Positions 1-8,913 of a stretch of 64,000 bases of DNA are shown piece by piece. The stretch comes from Sphingomonas sp. (GTDB lineage Bacteria > Pseudomonadota > Alphaproteobacteria > Sphingomonadales > Sphingomonadaceae). Position 1 is the stretch's first letter; each line of letters opens with the position of its first letter. The translations under genes and the position numbers were made by a program. Where the stretch lies: contig NZ_OZ245750.1 of NCBI RefSeq assembly GCF_965227385.1, positions 3,360,552 through 3,424,551 on the forward strand, written 5' to 3'. The notes beneath the pieces are model-generated. The model saw only the letters and a list, made by a program, of their open reading frames with translations, did no database searches and had not been told where the DNA came from.

Positions 1-759
1 CGGCCCGGCGACCCCGCCGCCACCTGCGCCCGCGACCGTCGCCGACGTTCCCGCCATCTGGCCATTGACCGCGGCAAGGCCGCTCTGTGCCGCCGCCAGC
101 TCCTGATTGACCTGCGCCAGCTGCGTCCGCGCCGCCGACAGCCGCTCCGACAAGGTGCCAGTGCCGGGTAGTGAACCCAGATAACGGTCCTGGAAGTCCG
201 CCTTCTTCGCCTCGGCCTCCTGCAAGGCCTTTTGCCGCTGGGCGAGCTGCTGGTCGAGGAACTGGAGCGACTGGCTCGCCTCGTCGCGGATCGTGCCCAG
301 ATTATCCTCGACGAAAATGTCGATCAGCTTCTGGACGATGGTGCGCGACAGCTTGCCGCTGTCCGCAGTCGCAGTGATCTCGAACAGATTGTCCTGCTGC
401 GCGGTGATCTTGATCTTCTTCTGCAGGCCCGCAACCCGGTCCGCGACATCCCGGTCGGTGGCGACCGTGTTGGCCAGGTCGGTACCGCGCACGACCTTTT
501 CCAGATTGGTCGCGCTCGCCAGCGTGGTGCGGACGCGGTCGATGTCCTTCTGCTGCTCCTGCTGCGTCGCAATGCCCTCGCCGGGCAGGATCGACCGCAG
601 CTGCACGAAGATGCGCGCGCGGCTCTCATACTGGTTGGGGATCTGTGACACGACCAGCCAGCCCGCCAGGCACACGGCCCAGGCGACGGCCACGGCGATC
701 CAGCGGCGTTGCCACACGCCGTGAAGTGCCGTCCTGATCTCGTCCCACAATCCCCCCAC
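1..759 (-). CDS. XrtA/PEP-CTERM system polysaccharide chain-length determinant (Wzc/Wzz-like); C-terminal part runs off the window edge
   Basis: Translated by hand from GTG at 759: MGGLWDEIRTALHGVWQRRWIAVAVAWAVCLAGWLVVSQIPNQYESRARIFVQ..., an N-terminal TM followed by coiled coil. No stop before base 1, so it is absent from the ORF track. Directly downstream of the export gene. Confidence 0.8.
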   Translation of the reverse strand, partial: MGGLWDEIRTALHGVWQRRWIAVAVAWAVCLAGWLVVSQIPNQYESRARIFVQLRSILPGEGIATQQEQQKDIDRVRTTLASATNLEKVVRGTDLANTVATDRDVADRVAGLQKKIKITAQQDNLFEITATADSGKLSRTIVQKLIDIFVEDNLGTIRDEASQSLQFLDQQLAQRQKALQEAEAKKADFQDRYLGSLPGTGTLSERLSAARTQLAQVNQELAAAQSGLAAVNGQMAGTSATVAGAGGGGVAGP

Positions 760-777
760 CGGGCGGTCTCCGTCTGG

Positions 778-1422
778 TTAGAACATGCTTTCGGGAATGA
801 TGATCACGTCGCCCGGCTCCAGCCGGACGTTCGCGCTTGTGTCGCCGTTCTTGAGCAGGTCCGACAGGCGCACCTTGTATTCGCGCTGCCTGCCCGTAGC
901 CTTGTCGTAGCGCACCAGCCGCGCGCGGTTACCCGCTGCAAACTCGCTCAAGCCCCCGACCGCGATCATCGCGTCGAGCAACGTCATGTTCGCGCGGTAC
1001 GGCAGCGACGCCGGCTTTTCGGTTGCACCGACGATGCGCACCTGTTGGCTGAACGTGCCCGAGAAGCTCTTGACCACGACCGATACGATCGGGTCCTTGA
1101 TATACTCGCCCAGCGCGTACTTCAGGTCATCGGCCAGCATGGCAGGCGTCTTGCCCACCGCCGGCATGTCGCTCACCAACGGCGTGGTAATGCGCCCGTC
1201 GGGGCGTACCTGCACCTCCGCCGACAATTCCTGGTTGCGCCAGACAAAGATCTGCAGCGTGTCGAGCGGGCCGATGACATATTCCTCGCCCGGCCCCTCG
1301 CGGCTCGCGACAAACGTGGTTGGCGGCAGCTCCGGACGATTCCCGCCGCCCATGCAGCCCGAAAGCGCCCCCGCCATCATCAGCGGAAGCGCCAGTCCTT
1401 TGCCGACCTGTCCCAAACGCAT
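778..1422 (-). CDS. XrtA/PEP-CTERM polysaccharide export lipoprotein (Wza/Poly_export + SLBB)
   Basis: Lipobox LSGC after MRLGQVGKGLALPLMMAGA; YVIGPLDTLQIFVW, VRPDGRITTPL, GGLSEFA and LEPGDVIIIPES motifs. Start moved to ATG 1422. Confidence 0.88.
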   Translation of the reverse strand: MRLGQVGKGLALPLMMAGALSGCMGGGNRPELPPTTFVASREGPGEEYVIGPLDTLQIFVWRNQELSAEVQVRPDGRITTPLVSDMPAVGKTPAMLADDLKYALGEYIKDPIVSVVVKSFSGTFSQQVRIVGATEKPASLPYRANMTLLDAMIAVGGLSEFAAGNRARLVRYDKATGRQREYKVRLSDLLKNGDTSANVRLEPGDVIIIPESMF

Positions 1423-1554
1423 CACAATCGAACCTCCAGACGTTCGTACAGCCCCGGCGTCCCGAGACGACATGCACGAACAACCGCTTTGCTATGGCGG
1501 CGGGAGGTAAAGATTGCGTTAGGAACGCGGCCGCTGGCGGCGTGACGTCAGCCG

Positions 1555-2757
1555 TCAGGCGACGATTTCGGACGCGGGTCCGTGGCCCAGGAAACCGGCC
1601 GGACTCGCACTCGCGCCATAGGCCCCGGCTAGGAAGACTGCGACCACATCGCCCACCTGCGCCTCCGGCAGCGCCACCTTGTCGCCCAACCGATCCAGCG
1701 GCGTACACAGCGGCCCGACCACCGAAACCGTCTCGACCGCGTCCGCGCCCATCTTGTCTGCAATCGCAATCGGATAGTTGCGCCGCACCACCGTCCCGAA
1801 ATTCCCCGATGCGGCAAGCTGGTGGTTCAGCCCCCCGTCACAGATCAGGAAGGTCTCGTCCCCGCTGATTTTCCGGTCGACGATCCGCGTCAGATACACG
1901 CCGCATTCCGCCGCGATCCACCGCCCCAACTCGATCGCATAGGCCTGATCCGGCTCCAGCACCTCGCCCAGCCGTGCGCCGACCAGTGCGATGTCCACCG
2001 GCGTATCGCCCGCAAAATAGGGCACGCCCAGCCCGCCCCCGATATTCACCAAAGGCGCCCGCGCGCCCACCGCTTCGGCCAGTTCGCGCGCCAACCCGAC
2101 GGTCGCCGCCTGCGTCTCGCAGATCGCTTCGCTGTCCAGCGCCTGCGATCCCGCAAAGATATGAAACCCGCGCCAGTCCGCGCCAACCGCGATTAGCCTT
2201 TTGACCAGCTCCGGCACCCGCACCGCATCGATCCCGAACGGCGATGGCCGTCCGCCCATCTTCATGCCCGACCCCTTGAGCTCGAACGACGGATTCACCC
2301 GCACCGCCAGCTTCGGCGTCACGCCCAACCGTTCGCCGATCGCCAGCGCGCGATCCGCCTCGCCCTCCGATTCAAGGTTCAGCGTCGCCCCGGCGGCAAT
2401 CGCCGCCTCCAGCTCGACATCGCGCTTCCCCGGCCCGGCAAAGCTGATGTGCCCCGCATCCTTGACCGCCAGCGCCGTTGCCAGCTCGCCCCCCGACGCC
2501 ACGTCCAGCCCGCCGACCAGCGGCGCGACCGCCGCCAGAAACGCGGGCAAGGGATTGGCTTTGATCGCAAAATGCATCTCGACCGCATCCGGCAGCGCGG
2601 CGCGCAACTGCCTGATCCGCTCGCGCACGATTGCGGTGTCGTAGACGAACAACGGAGTCCCCGCCTGTGCCGCCCAGTCGCTCGCCGACCGCCCCGCGAT
2701 CCGCAAGTCCCCGCTCTGCCCCGCAAAATAAGGGGGGATCGGCCCCATCGGCTTCAT
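1555..2757 (-). CDS. PLP-dependent decarboxylase, exosortase A system-associated (LysA/ODC fold)
   Basis: FAIKANP PLP-lysine, HIFAGSQ, GGGLG, ELGR, GPLCTPLD, GAYG; 4-nt overlap with the ligase. Confidence 0.88.
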   Translation of the reverse strand: MKPMGPIPPYFAGQSGDLRIAGRSASDWAAQAGTPLFVYDTAIVRERIRQLRAALPDAVEMHFAIKANPLPAFLAAVAPLVGGLDVASGGELATALAVKDAGHISFAGPGKRDVELEAAIAAGATLNLESEGEADRALAIGERLGVTPKLAVRVNPSFELKGSGMKMGGRPSPFGIDAVRVPELVKRLIAVGADWRGFHIFAGSQALDSEAICETQAATVGLARELAEAVGARAPLVNIGGGLGVPYFAGDTPVDIALVGARLGEVLEPDQAYAIELGRWIAAECGVYLTRIVDRKISGDETFLICDGGLNHQLAASGNFGTVVRRNYPIAIADKMGADAVETVSVVGPLCTPLDRLGDKVALPEAQVGDVVAVFLAGAYGASASPAGFLGHGPASEIVA

Positions 2758-4265
2758 GCCGTCATCTCCGCCTTCAGGCCCGACCGGTCGAGCTTCCCGT
2801 TCGCATTGCGCGGCAAATCCTCACGCCAGACATAGCGCGTCGGCTGCATGAACGCGGGCAGCTCGCGCCGCAACCGCTCGCGCAACGCCGCTTCGGCTGC
2901 CTCCGCCTCACCGCGCGCCACCGCGATCACCACCACCGCCTGCCCCAGGCGCGGGTCGGGCACACCCAACGCCACCGCCTCACGCGCCTCGCCCCCGGCC
3001 AGCACCGCTTCCTCGACCTCGGTCGGGCTGATCCGGTTGCCCGAGGATTTGATCATCTCGTCATCGCGCCCGACGAACCGCAACAGCCCGTCAGCGCCTT
3101 CCACGACGGTATCACCGGAAAACACCGCCATCCCGCCATAGCTGGACTCCGCCGGCGCCGGTTTGAACCGCAGCGCGGTCCGCTCCGCATCCTGCCAATA
3201 GCCTTGCGCGACCAGCGGCCCGGCATGCACCAGCTCCCCCGCCTCGCCCGGATCGGCGCGCGTGCCATCGGCCCGCACCACCATAATCTCGGCAAACGGA
3301 ATCGCCCGCCCCATCGATTCCGGGTGCGCGTCGACCAGGCTCGGGTCGAGATAGGTCGAGCGAAACGCCTCGGTCAGCCCGTACATCGGATACAGCGCGG
3401 CCTCAGGAAACCGCCCCCGCAACCCCCGCACCATACCGATCGTCAGCGCCCCACCCGAATTGGTCAGCCGCTTCAGCTTCGCCGCGACCGCCACCGGCCA
3501 CTCCGCCTCCAGCAACTGCGTCCACAGCGGCGGCACCCCCGCAATCGTGGTGGCGTCATGCCGGTCCACCGCCTTGATGACGTCGCGCGCGGTGAGATAG
3601 TCCAGCGGGATCACCCGCCCGCCAGCCGCCCAGGTCGACAGCAGCTGGTTTTGCCCATAGTCAAAGCTCAGCGGCAGTACACCCAGCACGCGATCCTCCG
3701 GCGTCACCTTCAGATAATGCGCCACGCTGATCGCACCGAGCCACAAATTGGCATGGCTCAGCATCACCCCCTTGGGCCGCCCCGTCGATCCCGATGTATA
3801 GAGGATCGCCGTCAACGCATTCGGATCACGCTGCGAATAGTCCAGCCCCTCTCCCGCCAGCGGCGCATCGGCATCGAACACGACACGACAGCCTGCGGGC
3901 ACATCGCCATCCTCCAGCGTCCCCGCCCGAGCCCCCTGCGTCAGCAACAGCCGCGCTCCGCTATCGGCCAGGATATGCGCCACCTGCGCGCGCTTGAGCA
4001 CCGGATTGACCGGCACATGCACCAAACCCGCCCGCGCCGCCGCCAGCGGCATCACGCACGCATGCCGCGTCTTGGGCAACCAGGTCGCAACGCGATCCCC
4101 CGGCTCCAGCCCCTGCCCACGCAGCCACAACGCCAGCGCGGCAACCGCAGCCTCCAGCTCGGCATAGGTCAGCGTCCCAGCGCGATCCTCCAGCGCCACG
4201 GCGTCAGGCGCCCCGCGCGTCGTCAACGCATCGATCGGATAGGGTGTAGGGTCGAGTTCCACCAT
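2754..4265 (-). CDS. AMP-forming acyl-CoA/acyl-ACP ligase, exosortase A system-associated
   Basis: Adenylation motifs YTSGSTGRPKGV, YGLTE, GRDDEMIKSSGNRISP, NGKLDR. Confidence 0.9.
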   Translation of the reverse strand: MVELDPTPYPIDALTTRGAPDAVALEDRAGTLTYAELEAAVAALALWLRGQGLEPGDRVATWLPKTRHACVMPLAAARAGLVHVPVNPVLKRAQVAHILADSGARLLLTQGARAGTLEDGDVPAGCRVVFDADAPLAGEGLDYSQRDPNALTAILYTSGSTGRPKGVMLSHANLWLGAISVAHYLKVTPEDRVLGVLPLSFDYGQNQLLSTWAAGGRVIPLDYLTARDVIKAVDRHDATTIAGVPPLWTQLLEAEWPVAVAAKLKRLTNSGGALTIGMVRGLRGRFPEAALYPMYGLTEAFRSTYLDPSLVDAHPESMGRAIPFAEIMVVRADGTRADPGEAGELVHAGPLVAQGYWQDAERTALRFKPAPAESSYGGMAVFSGDTVVEGADGLLRFVGRDDEMIKSSGNRISPTEVEEAVLAGGEAREAVALGVPDPRLGQAVVVIAVARGEAEAAEAALRERLRRELPAFMQPTRYVWREDLPRNANGKLDRSGLKAEMTA

Positions 4266-4385
4266 CGCGCCTGCATATCCCGCATCGGTTAACGATCCAG
4301 TGTCTATTATCGCTTAGCAGGTGCAGCACTTGGCATCGCGACGTCCAGCGCGTAACGGGCGCAAAACAACCGGGGATTTTGGGCC

Positions 4386-4658
4386 GTGCAGCCTGACGGA
4401 TATAACGAAGTCGAAGAAACCGTGCGCGGCGTGCTGCGCGATGTGCTGGGCATCGACGCCGCCCGCGCGGCGACCTTCGACGAAGCAACGCCGCTGTTCG
4501 GCGCGCTCCCCGAACTCGATTCGATGGCGGTTGCCGGCGTGCTGACCGAGATCGAGGACCGCCTCGGCATCATCATCGACGATGATGAGGTGGATGGCGA
4601 CATGCTCGAAACCTTCGGCGCGCTCGTCCGCTTCGCCGCGTCCAAGGCGCTCAGCTGA
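4386..4658 (+). CDS. Acyl carrier protein (phosphopantetheine-binding)
   Basis: Acidic 90-aa protein with FGALPELDSMAV attachment motif, divergent from the ligase. Confidence 0.85.
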   Translation: MQPDGYNEVEETVRGVLRDVLGIDAARAATFDEATPLFGALPELDSMAVAGVLTEIEDRLGIIIDDDEVDGDMLETFGALVRFAASKALS

Positions 4659-4699
4659 TCCGCGCGACCACCTATGACTGGGCCGGGGGCCGCGAAGCG

Positions 4700-5356
4700 A
4701 TGCTCCGCTTCGGCCCCGACACCGGTCCCGTAGTGGTCGTCGCGCTCCCCCTGTTCGAAGAAGCCAACCGCACCCGTGCCTTCGCGGTGACGATCCTGCG
4801 CGCGCTGGCGGAACGCGGCATTGCCGGGGCGCTGCCTGACCTGCCCGGCCAGGGCGAGAGCCTGCTGCCCACCCACGAAACCGATCTCGCCAAGCTCCGC
4901 GCAGCCTTCGCCGCCGCAGTCGCCAGCCTCACCGGGCCGACCTTGACCCTCGCCCTCCGCAGCGGCGCCCTGCTCGACAGCGACGCAGCCGTCAGCGCCC
5001 GCACCCACCTCTCCCCCATGACCGGCGCCGACCTGCGCCGCGAACTCATCCGCGCGCGCCAGGCCTCGGCGCGCGAATCCGGCGAGCCGTTCGATCCTGC
5101 CAGCCTCGACACCGCCACCGATCCGGTCGAACTCGCCGGCAATCTGGTCAGCCCGTTCCTGCTCGCCCAGCTAACCGACGCCAAGCCGTCACCCGATCAG
5201 ACCCGCACCGTCCGCCTCGCCACCGAAGCCAAGCCCGCCGACGTCAAGCTCCCCGGCACCCCGCTGTGGCGCCGCGCCGAGCCCGACAACGACCCCGACT
5301 TCGCTCAGGCCGTAGCCGACGACATCGCCCAATGGATCGCGACATGCGCCGTCTGA
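4700..5356 (+). CDS. Exosortase A system-associated hydrolase 2-like alpha/beta-fold protein
   Basis: LPLFEEANRTR, DLPGQGES, LALRSGALL motifs; position between the ACP and hydrolase 1. True start may lie ~15 codons upstream (TYDWAGGREA is in frame). Confidence 0.7.
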   Translation: MLRFGPDTGPVVVVALPLFEEANRTRAFAVTILRALAERGIAGALPDLPGQGESLLPTHETDLAKLRAAFAAAVASLTGPTLTLALRSGALLDSDAAVSARTHLSPMTGADLRRELIRARQASARESGEPFDPASLDTATDPVELAGNLVSPFLLAQLTDAKPSPDQTRTVRLATEAKPADVKLPGTPLWRRAEPDNDPDFAQAVADDIAQWIATCAV

Positions 5357-6171
5357 TCAGCTTCCCCTGCGCCGGCGAAACCCTCGCCGCCACGCTCGAC
5401 GAAGCCCCCGGCATCACCGGCCTGCTGATCGTCTCCGGCGGCAATGAAATCCGCATCGGCGCGCATCGCGGCATGGCCGAACTCGCCGCTACCGTGGCTG
5501 CATCTGGCCACCCGGTGTTCCGCTACGACCGCCGCGGCATCGGCGATTCATCCGGCGAAAACAACGGTTTCGCATCGACAGCGCAGGACATTGCTGAAGC
5601 CGCCAGCGCCTTCCGCCGCGAAGCTACGCACGCCACCCGCATCGTCGCCTTCGGCAATTGCGACGCCGCCAGCGCCCTCATCCTATTCCATGCCGATGCG
5701 CCGATCGACGCCTTGATCCTCACCAACCCCTGGACGATCGAGCCGAGCGCGGACGGCAACGACCTGCCCCCCGCCGCCGCGATCCGCTCGCGCTATCTCG
5801 AAAAGCTGAAGAACCCGCGCGAACTCCTCCGCCTGCTCACCGGAGGCGTCAATATCCGCAAATTAATCAGCGGCTTGGCCAAGGCATCGGCGAAACAGTC
5901 GCAACCCCCAACGAGCCTCCCCGCCCGCCTCGCAACATCGCTGGCAACGACGCAAATCCCGGTGACGATCCTGCTGGCCGAACGCGACAACACCGCCCTC
6001 GCCTTCGCCGACCACTGGAAAAGCGCAGCGTTCGCCCCAGCCCGCAATACCGCAACCCTGACCACCTGCCCCACCGACAGCCACAGCTTCGCCCGCCCAG
6101 CGGACAAGGCATGGCTTACGGAGCGTGTACTGGCTGCGCTGGCGGACCACCCATCGTCGCCCGGCGCCTGA
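5344..6171 (+). CDS. Exosortase A system-associated hydrolase 1 (alpha/beta fold, Cys at nucleophile elbow)
   Basis: GGNEIRIGAHRG, RYDRRGIGDS, FGNCDAASA, NPW, SHSF; ATG at 5344 overlaps the upstream gene. Confidence 0.82.
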   Translation: MRRLISFPCAGETLAATLDEAPGITGLLIVSGGNEIRIGAHRGMAELAATVAASGHPVFRYDRRGIGDSSGENNGFASTAQDIAEAASAFRREATHATRIVAFGNCDAASALILFHADAPIDALILTNPWTIEPSADGNDLPPAAAIRSRYLEKLKNPRELLRLLTGGVNIRKLISGLAKASAKQSQPPTSLPARLATSLATTQIPVTILLAERDNTALAFADHWKSAAFAPARNTATLTTCPTDSHSFARPADKAWLTERVLAALADHPSSPGA

Positions 6172-6240
6172 CCAGAGGCCGGGGTCCCAAGGCGACAAGA
6201 AGAAGCCTAGCCCCGGGTCAAGCCCGGGGCGCCGAATGGT
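6151..6240. repeat. REP-like palindromic element, copy 1 (degenerate)
   Basis: ccatcgtcgcccgg...tgacc...gggg...agaagcctagccccgggtcaagcccggggcg; aligns in the same orientation with 6607-6695. Confidence 0.65.
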
Positions 6241-6277
6241 GTAGCGCCAGTCGCAGTGCAAGCGCTAAGAACCCGGC

Positions 6278-6586
6278 ATGTCCACCGCCAAGACCCGCAT
6301 CATGTATATCGAGGACAAGTCCGAAAGCCTCGACGGCCCTGCGCGGATCGGTCGCGTCACCTTCTCCAAATCGGGTCGCTCCATCCAATATGCCGGGCGC
6401 ACCTTTCAGTCGCTCGACGGCAGCGGGTTCAAGGCGAACTATTTCGACGTCGAGTCCGGCGACCACTTCTGGATCTCCGGCCCGCGCAAGGACGGCATGG
6501 ATCGCCTGTATGGGGGCTCAACGCCGGTCGAGATCGATCCCGACGTCGCCCAGGAATATTGGCGCGACATTCGCGGACGCGATTAG
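6278..6586 (+). CDS. Conserved small hypothetical protein (102 aa)
   Basis: KTRIMYIE...ARIGRVTFSKSG...GFKANY...WISGPRKDG...LY pattern, which I recognise as a widespread uncharacterised family; GC3-rich codons. Confidence 0.75.
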   Translation: MSTAKTRIMYIEDKSESLDGPARIGRVTFSKSGRSIQYAGRTFQSLDGSGFKANYFDVESGDHFWISGPRKDGMDRLYGGSTPVEIDPDVAQEYWRDIRGRD

Positions 6587-6606
6587 CCCCATACATTGCA
6601 GCTCTC

Positions 6607-6695
6607 CCATCCGTCGCCCCGGACTTGACCCGGGGCGGGGCTACGTCATGCAATCACATAGAAGCTTAGCCCCGGGCCAAGGCCGGGTGACAAAG
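6607..6695. repeat. REP-like palindromic element, copy 2
   Basis: gtcgccccggacttgacccggggcggggct ... agccccgggccaaggccgggtgac: imperfect inverted arms. Confidence 0.7.
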
Positions 6696-6922
6696 GAAAT
6701 GACAAGGCTTTCCTACAAGACCCCGAAAAGCGCATAGACTGGTCGATGCGCCCCCGACTCGCCCCGAACTTCGCGAACCACAGCGACGCCCACGCCGAAA
6801 CTGTCAGGCAGCTATCAGCTTCCGCGCCGCACGCGCATCACATACCGCCATTTCCGTCAGCTTCGTCACCCAAAGCTGACAGAATCGCGCGCGTTGCCCG
6901 TAATTTCGTCAGTTTCCCCGGC

Positions 6923-7894
6923 TCACTCCGCCGCGTGGGCAACCGCCTCGAAATCCGCCTCGGCCAGGAAGCGTTCGGCGTCCAGCGCGGCCATGCAGCC
7001 GGTGCCCGCGGCGGTGATCGCCTGGCGATAGACCTTGTCCATCACGTCGCCGCACGCAAACACGCCGGGCACGCTGGTGCGGGTCGAACCGGTCTCGACG
7101 GTGATGTAGCTGTCTTCGTCCAGCTCCAGATGCCCGCGGAACAGCTCGGTCGCCGGGTGGTGGCCGATCGCGACAAAGCCGCCCTCGACATCGATGCTCG
7201 ACTCTTCGCCCGTCACCGTATCGCGCAGGCGCAGCGCGACCAGCCCCTCGGGATCGCCGCCGCCGACGAACTCGACCACTTCCTTGTTCCACAGCGTCTT
7301 GATCTTCGGATTGGCGAACAGCCGCTCCTGCAGGATCTTCTCAGCGCGCAGCGTGTCGCGGCGGTGGATCAGCGTCACGTCATGGCTGTGGTTGGTCAGG
7401 TACAGCGCCTCTTCGACCGCGGTGTTGCCGCCGCCGATCACCGCGACCTTCTTGCCGCGATAGAAAAAGCCGTCGCAGGTGGCACAGGCGCTTGCGCCCT
7501 TGCCCTTCATCGCGTCTTCGCTCTCCAGCCCCAGCCACTTGGCCTGCGCGCCGGTCGCGATCACCAGCGTGTCGCCCGAATAGACGGTGCCGCCATCGCC
7601 GATCAGGCGGAACGGGCGCTGCGACAAATCGACCTCGACGATCGTATCGTACATCATCTGCGCGCCGACATGCTCGGCCTGCGCCTGCATCTCGCCCATC
7701 AGCCACGGGCCCTGGATCACCTCGCGAAAGCCGGGATAATTCTCGACGTCGGTGGTGGTCATCAGCTGTCCGCCGGGCTGGATGCCCTGCACCACGATCG
7801 GCGCCAGCCCCGCGCGCGCGCCGTAAATAGCGGCGGACAGGCCGGCCGGGCCGGAACCAAGGATCAGCATGCGGGTCGAGTGGGTGGCGGTCAT
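6923..7894 (-). CDS. trxB: Thioredoxin-disulfide reductase
   Basis: ILGSGPAG, TTDVENYPG, CATCDGFF, GGGNTAVEEA, FACGDV; start set at MTATHS (7894). Confidence 0.97.
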   Translation of the reverse strand: MTATHSTRMLILGSGPAGLSAAIYGARAGLAPIVVQGIQPGGQLMTTTDVENYPGFREVIQGPWLMGEMQAQAEHVGAQMMYDTIVEVDLSQRPFRLIGDGGTVYSGDTLVIATGAQAKWLGLESEDAMKGKGASACATCDGFFYRGKKVAVIGGGNTAVEEALYLTNHSHDVTLIHRRDTLRAEKILQERLFANPKIKTLWNKEVVEFVGGGDPEGLVALRLRDTVTGEESSIDVEGGFVAIGHHPATELFRGHLELDEDSYITVETGSTRTSVPGVFACGDVMDKVYRQAITAAGTGCMAALDAERFLAEADFEAVAHAAE

Positions 7895-8058
7895 TCGAAA
7901 ATCCTGTTGAGCCCCGTGAAGCGGGTGGCGGTGCCGCATCTAGGGGGTCGGCACGGCCAAAGGCAACATGGGTGGTGGCCGCGCGCCTTCCAGCAAAGCG
8001 ATTCTGTTGTGGACGAAAGCCGGTTGAAGGGCGCCACGCGGCTGGGCAGACTGGCGGC

Positions 8059-8673
8059 ATGACCCTTCGCCGCACCCTGCTCGCCGCAGCCCTGCTGCTC
8101 CCCCTCCCCGCTTTGGCGCAGGAGGCCCCGACGCCTGCCCCAACGCCGGCAACGCAAAAGGTGGCGCTCGACACCAGCTTTGGTCGCATCGTGCTTGAAC
8201 TGGAAACTGAGCGCGCCCCGATCACCGCGCGCAATTTCCTGCGCTATGCCGATCAGAAGCGGCTGGACGGCATCGCCTTCTACCGGACGGTCAAGGTCGC
8301 CGACAAATTCGGCTTCATCCAGTTCGGGATCGACAACGACCCCAAGCGCATCCTGCCCCCGATCAAGCATGAGCCGACCACGCAAACCGGGGTGAAGCAC
8401 GTCAACGGCGCGATCAGCACCGCCCGCCTCGCGCCCGGCACCGCGCGCGGCGAGTTCACGATCAGCGTGGGGGATCAGCCCTCGCTCGACGCCGATCCGA
8501 CCCGGCCGGGCGACAATCTCGGCTATGCGGCCTTCGGCAAGGTGGTCGAGGGGATGGAGGTGGTGTGGAAGATCCTCGACGCCCCGACATCGCCGACGGC
8601 GGGCGAAGGCGTCATGAAAGGCCAGATGCTCAGCCCGAAAATCCGGATCCTGAAAGTGACCCGGGTGCCTTAG
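8059..8673 (+). CDS. Periplasmic cyclophilin-type peptidyl-prolyl isomerase
   Basis: Signal peptide MTLRRTLLAAALLLPLPALA; APITARNFLRY, FIQFG, HEPT, STARLAPG, GYAAFGKVVEGM. Confidence 0.9.
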   Translation: MTLRRTLLAAALLLPLPALAQEAPTPAPTPATQKVALDTSFGRIVLELETERAPITARNFLRYADQKRLDGIAFYRTVKVADKFGFIQFGIDNDPKRILPPIKHEPTTQTGVKHVNGAISTARLAPGTARGEFTISVGDQPSLDADPTRPGDNLGYAAFGKVVEGMEVVWKILDAPTSPTAGEGVMKGQMLSPKIRILKVTRVP

Positions 8674-8807
8674 GCTCCATTGAGCAGGACGAGGACAAAC
8701 AGCCAGAACAGCAGCGAACCGCACATGACCATCAGAAAGCCCGAACCCGCGGGCAGCGCGTCGTCCGTCGCATCGTCTGCGCTGGTGATCTCATGGTAAG
8801 AGGACAT
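8670..8807 (-). CDS. Small single-TM hypothetical protein (45 aa)
   Basis: Hand translation MSSYHEITSADDATDDALPAGSGFLMVMCGSLLFWLFVLVLLNGA*; RBS-like GGAGAG upstream; below the ORF-track length cutoff. Confidence 0.5.
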   Translation of the reverse strand: MSSYHEITSADDATDDALPAGSGFLMVMCGSLLFWLFVLVLLNGA

Positions 8808-8913
8808 GGCAACTCTCCGCTCGATGGTGCCATGCCTGCCACGCGCCGGGCGGGTTGCCCATATCGGGAAAATGCAATCGGGATTCTACGTGGGTCGGCG
8901 TTAATCCTGCCGA

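Noticed and set aside
6278-6586. Calling this protein 1-deoxy-D-xylulose-5-phosphate synthase, a label I recall being attached to similar short proteins
   Set aside because: 102 aa with no TPP-binding motif; real DXS is about 620 aa.
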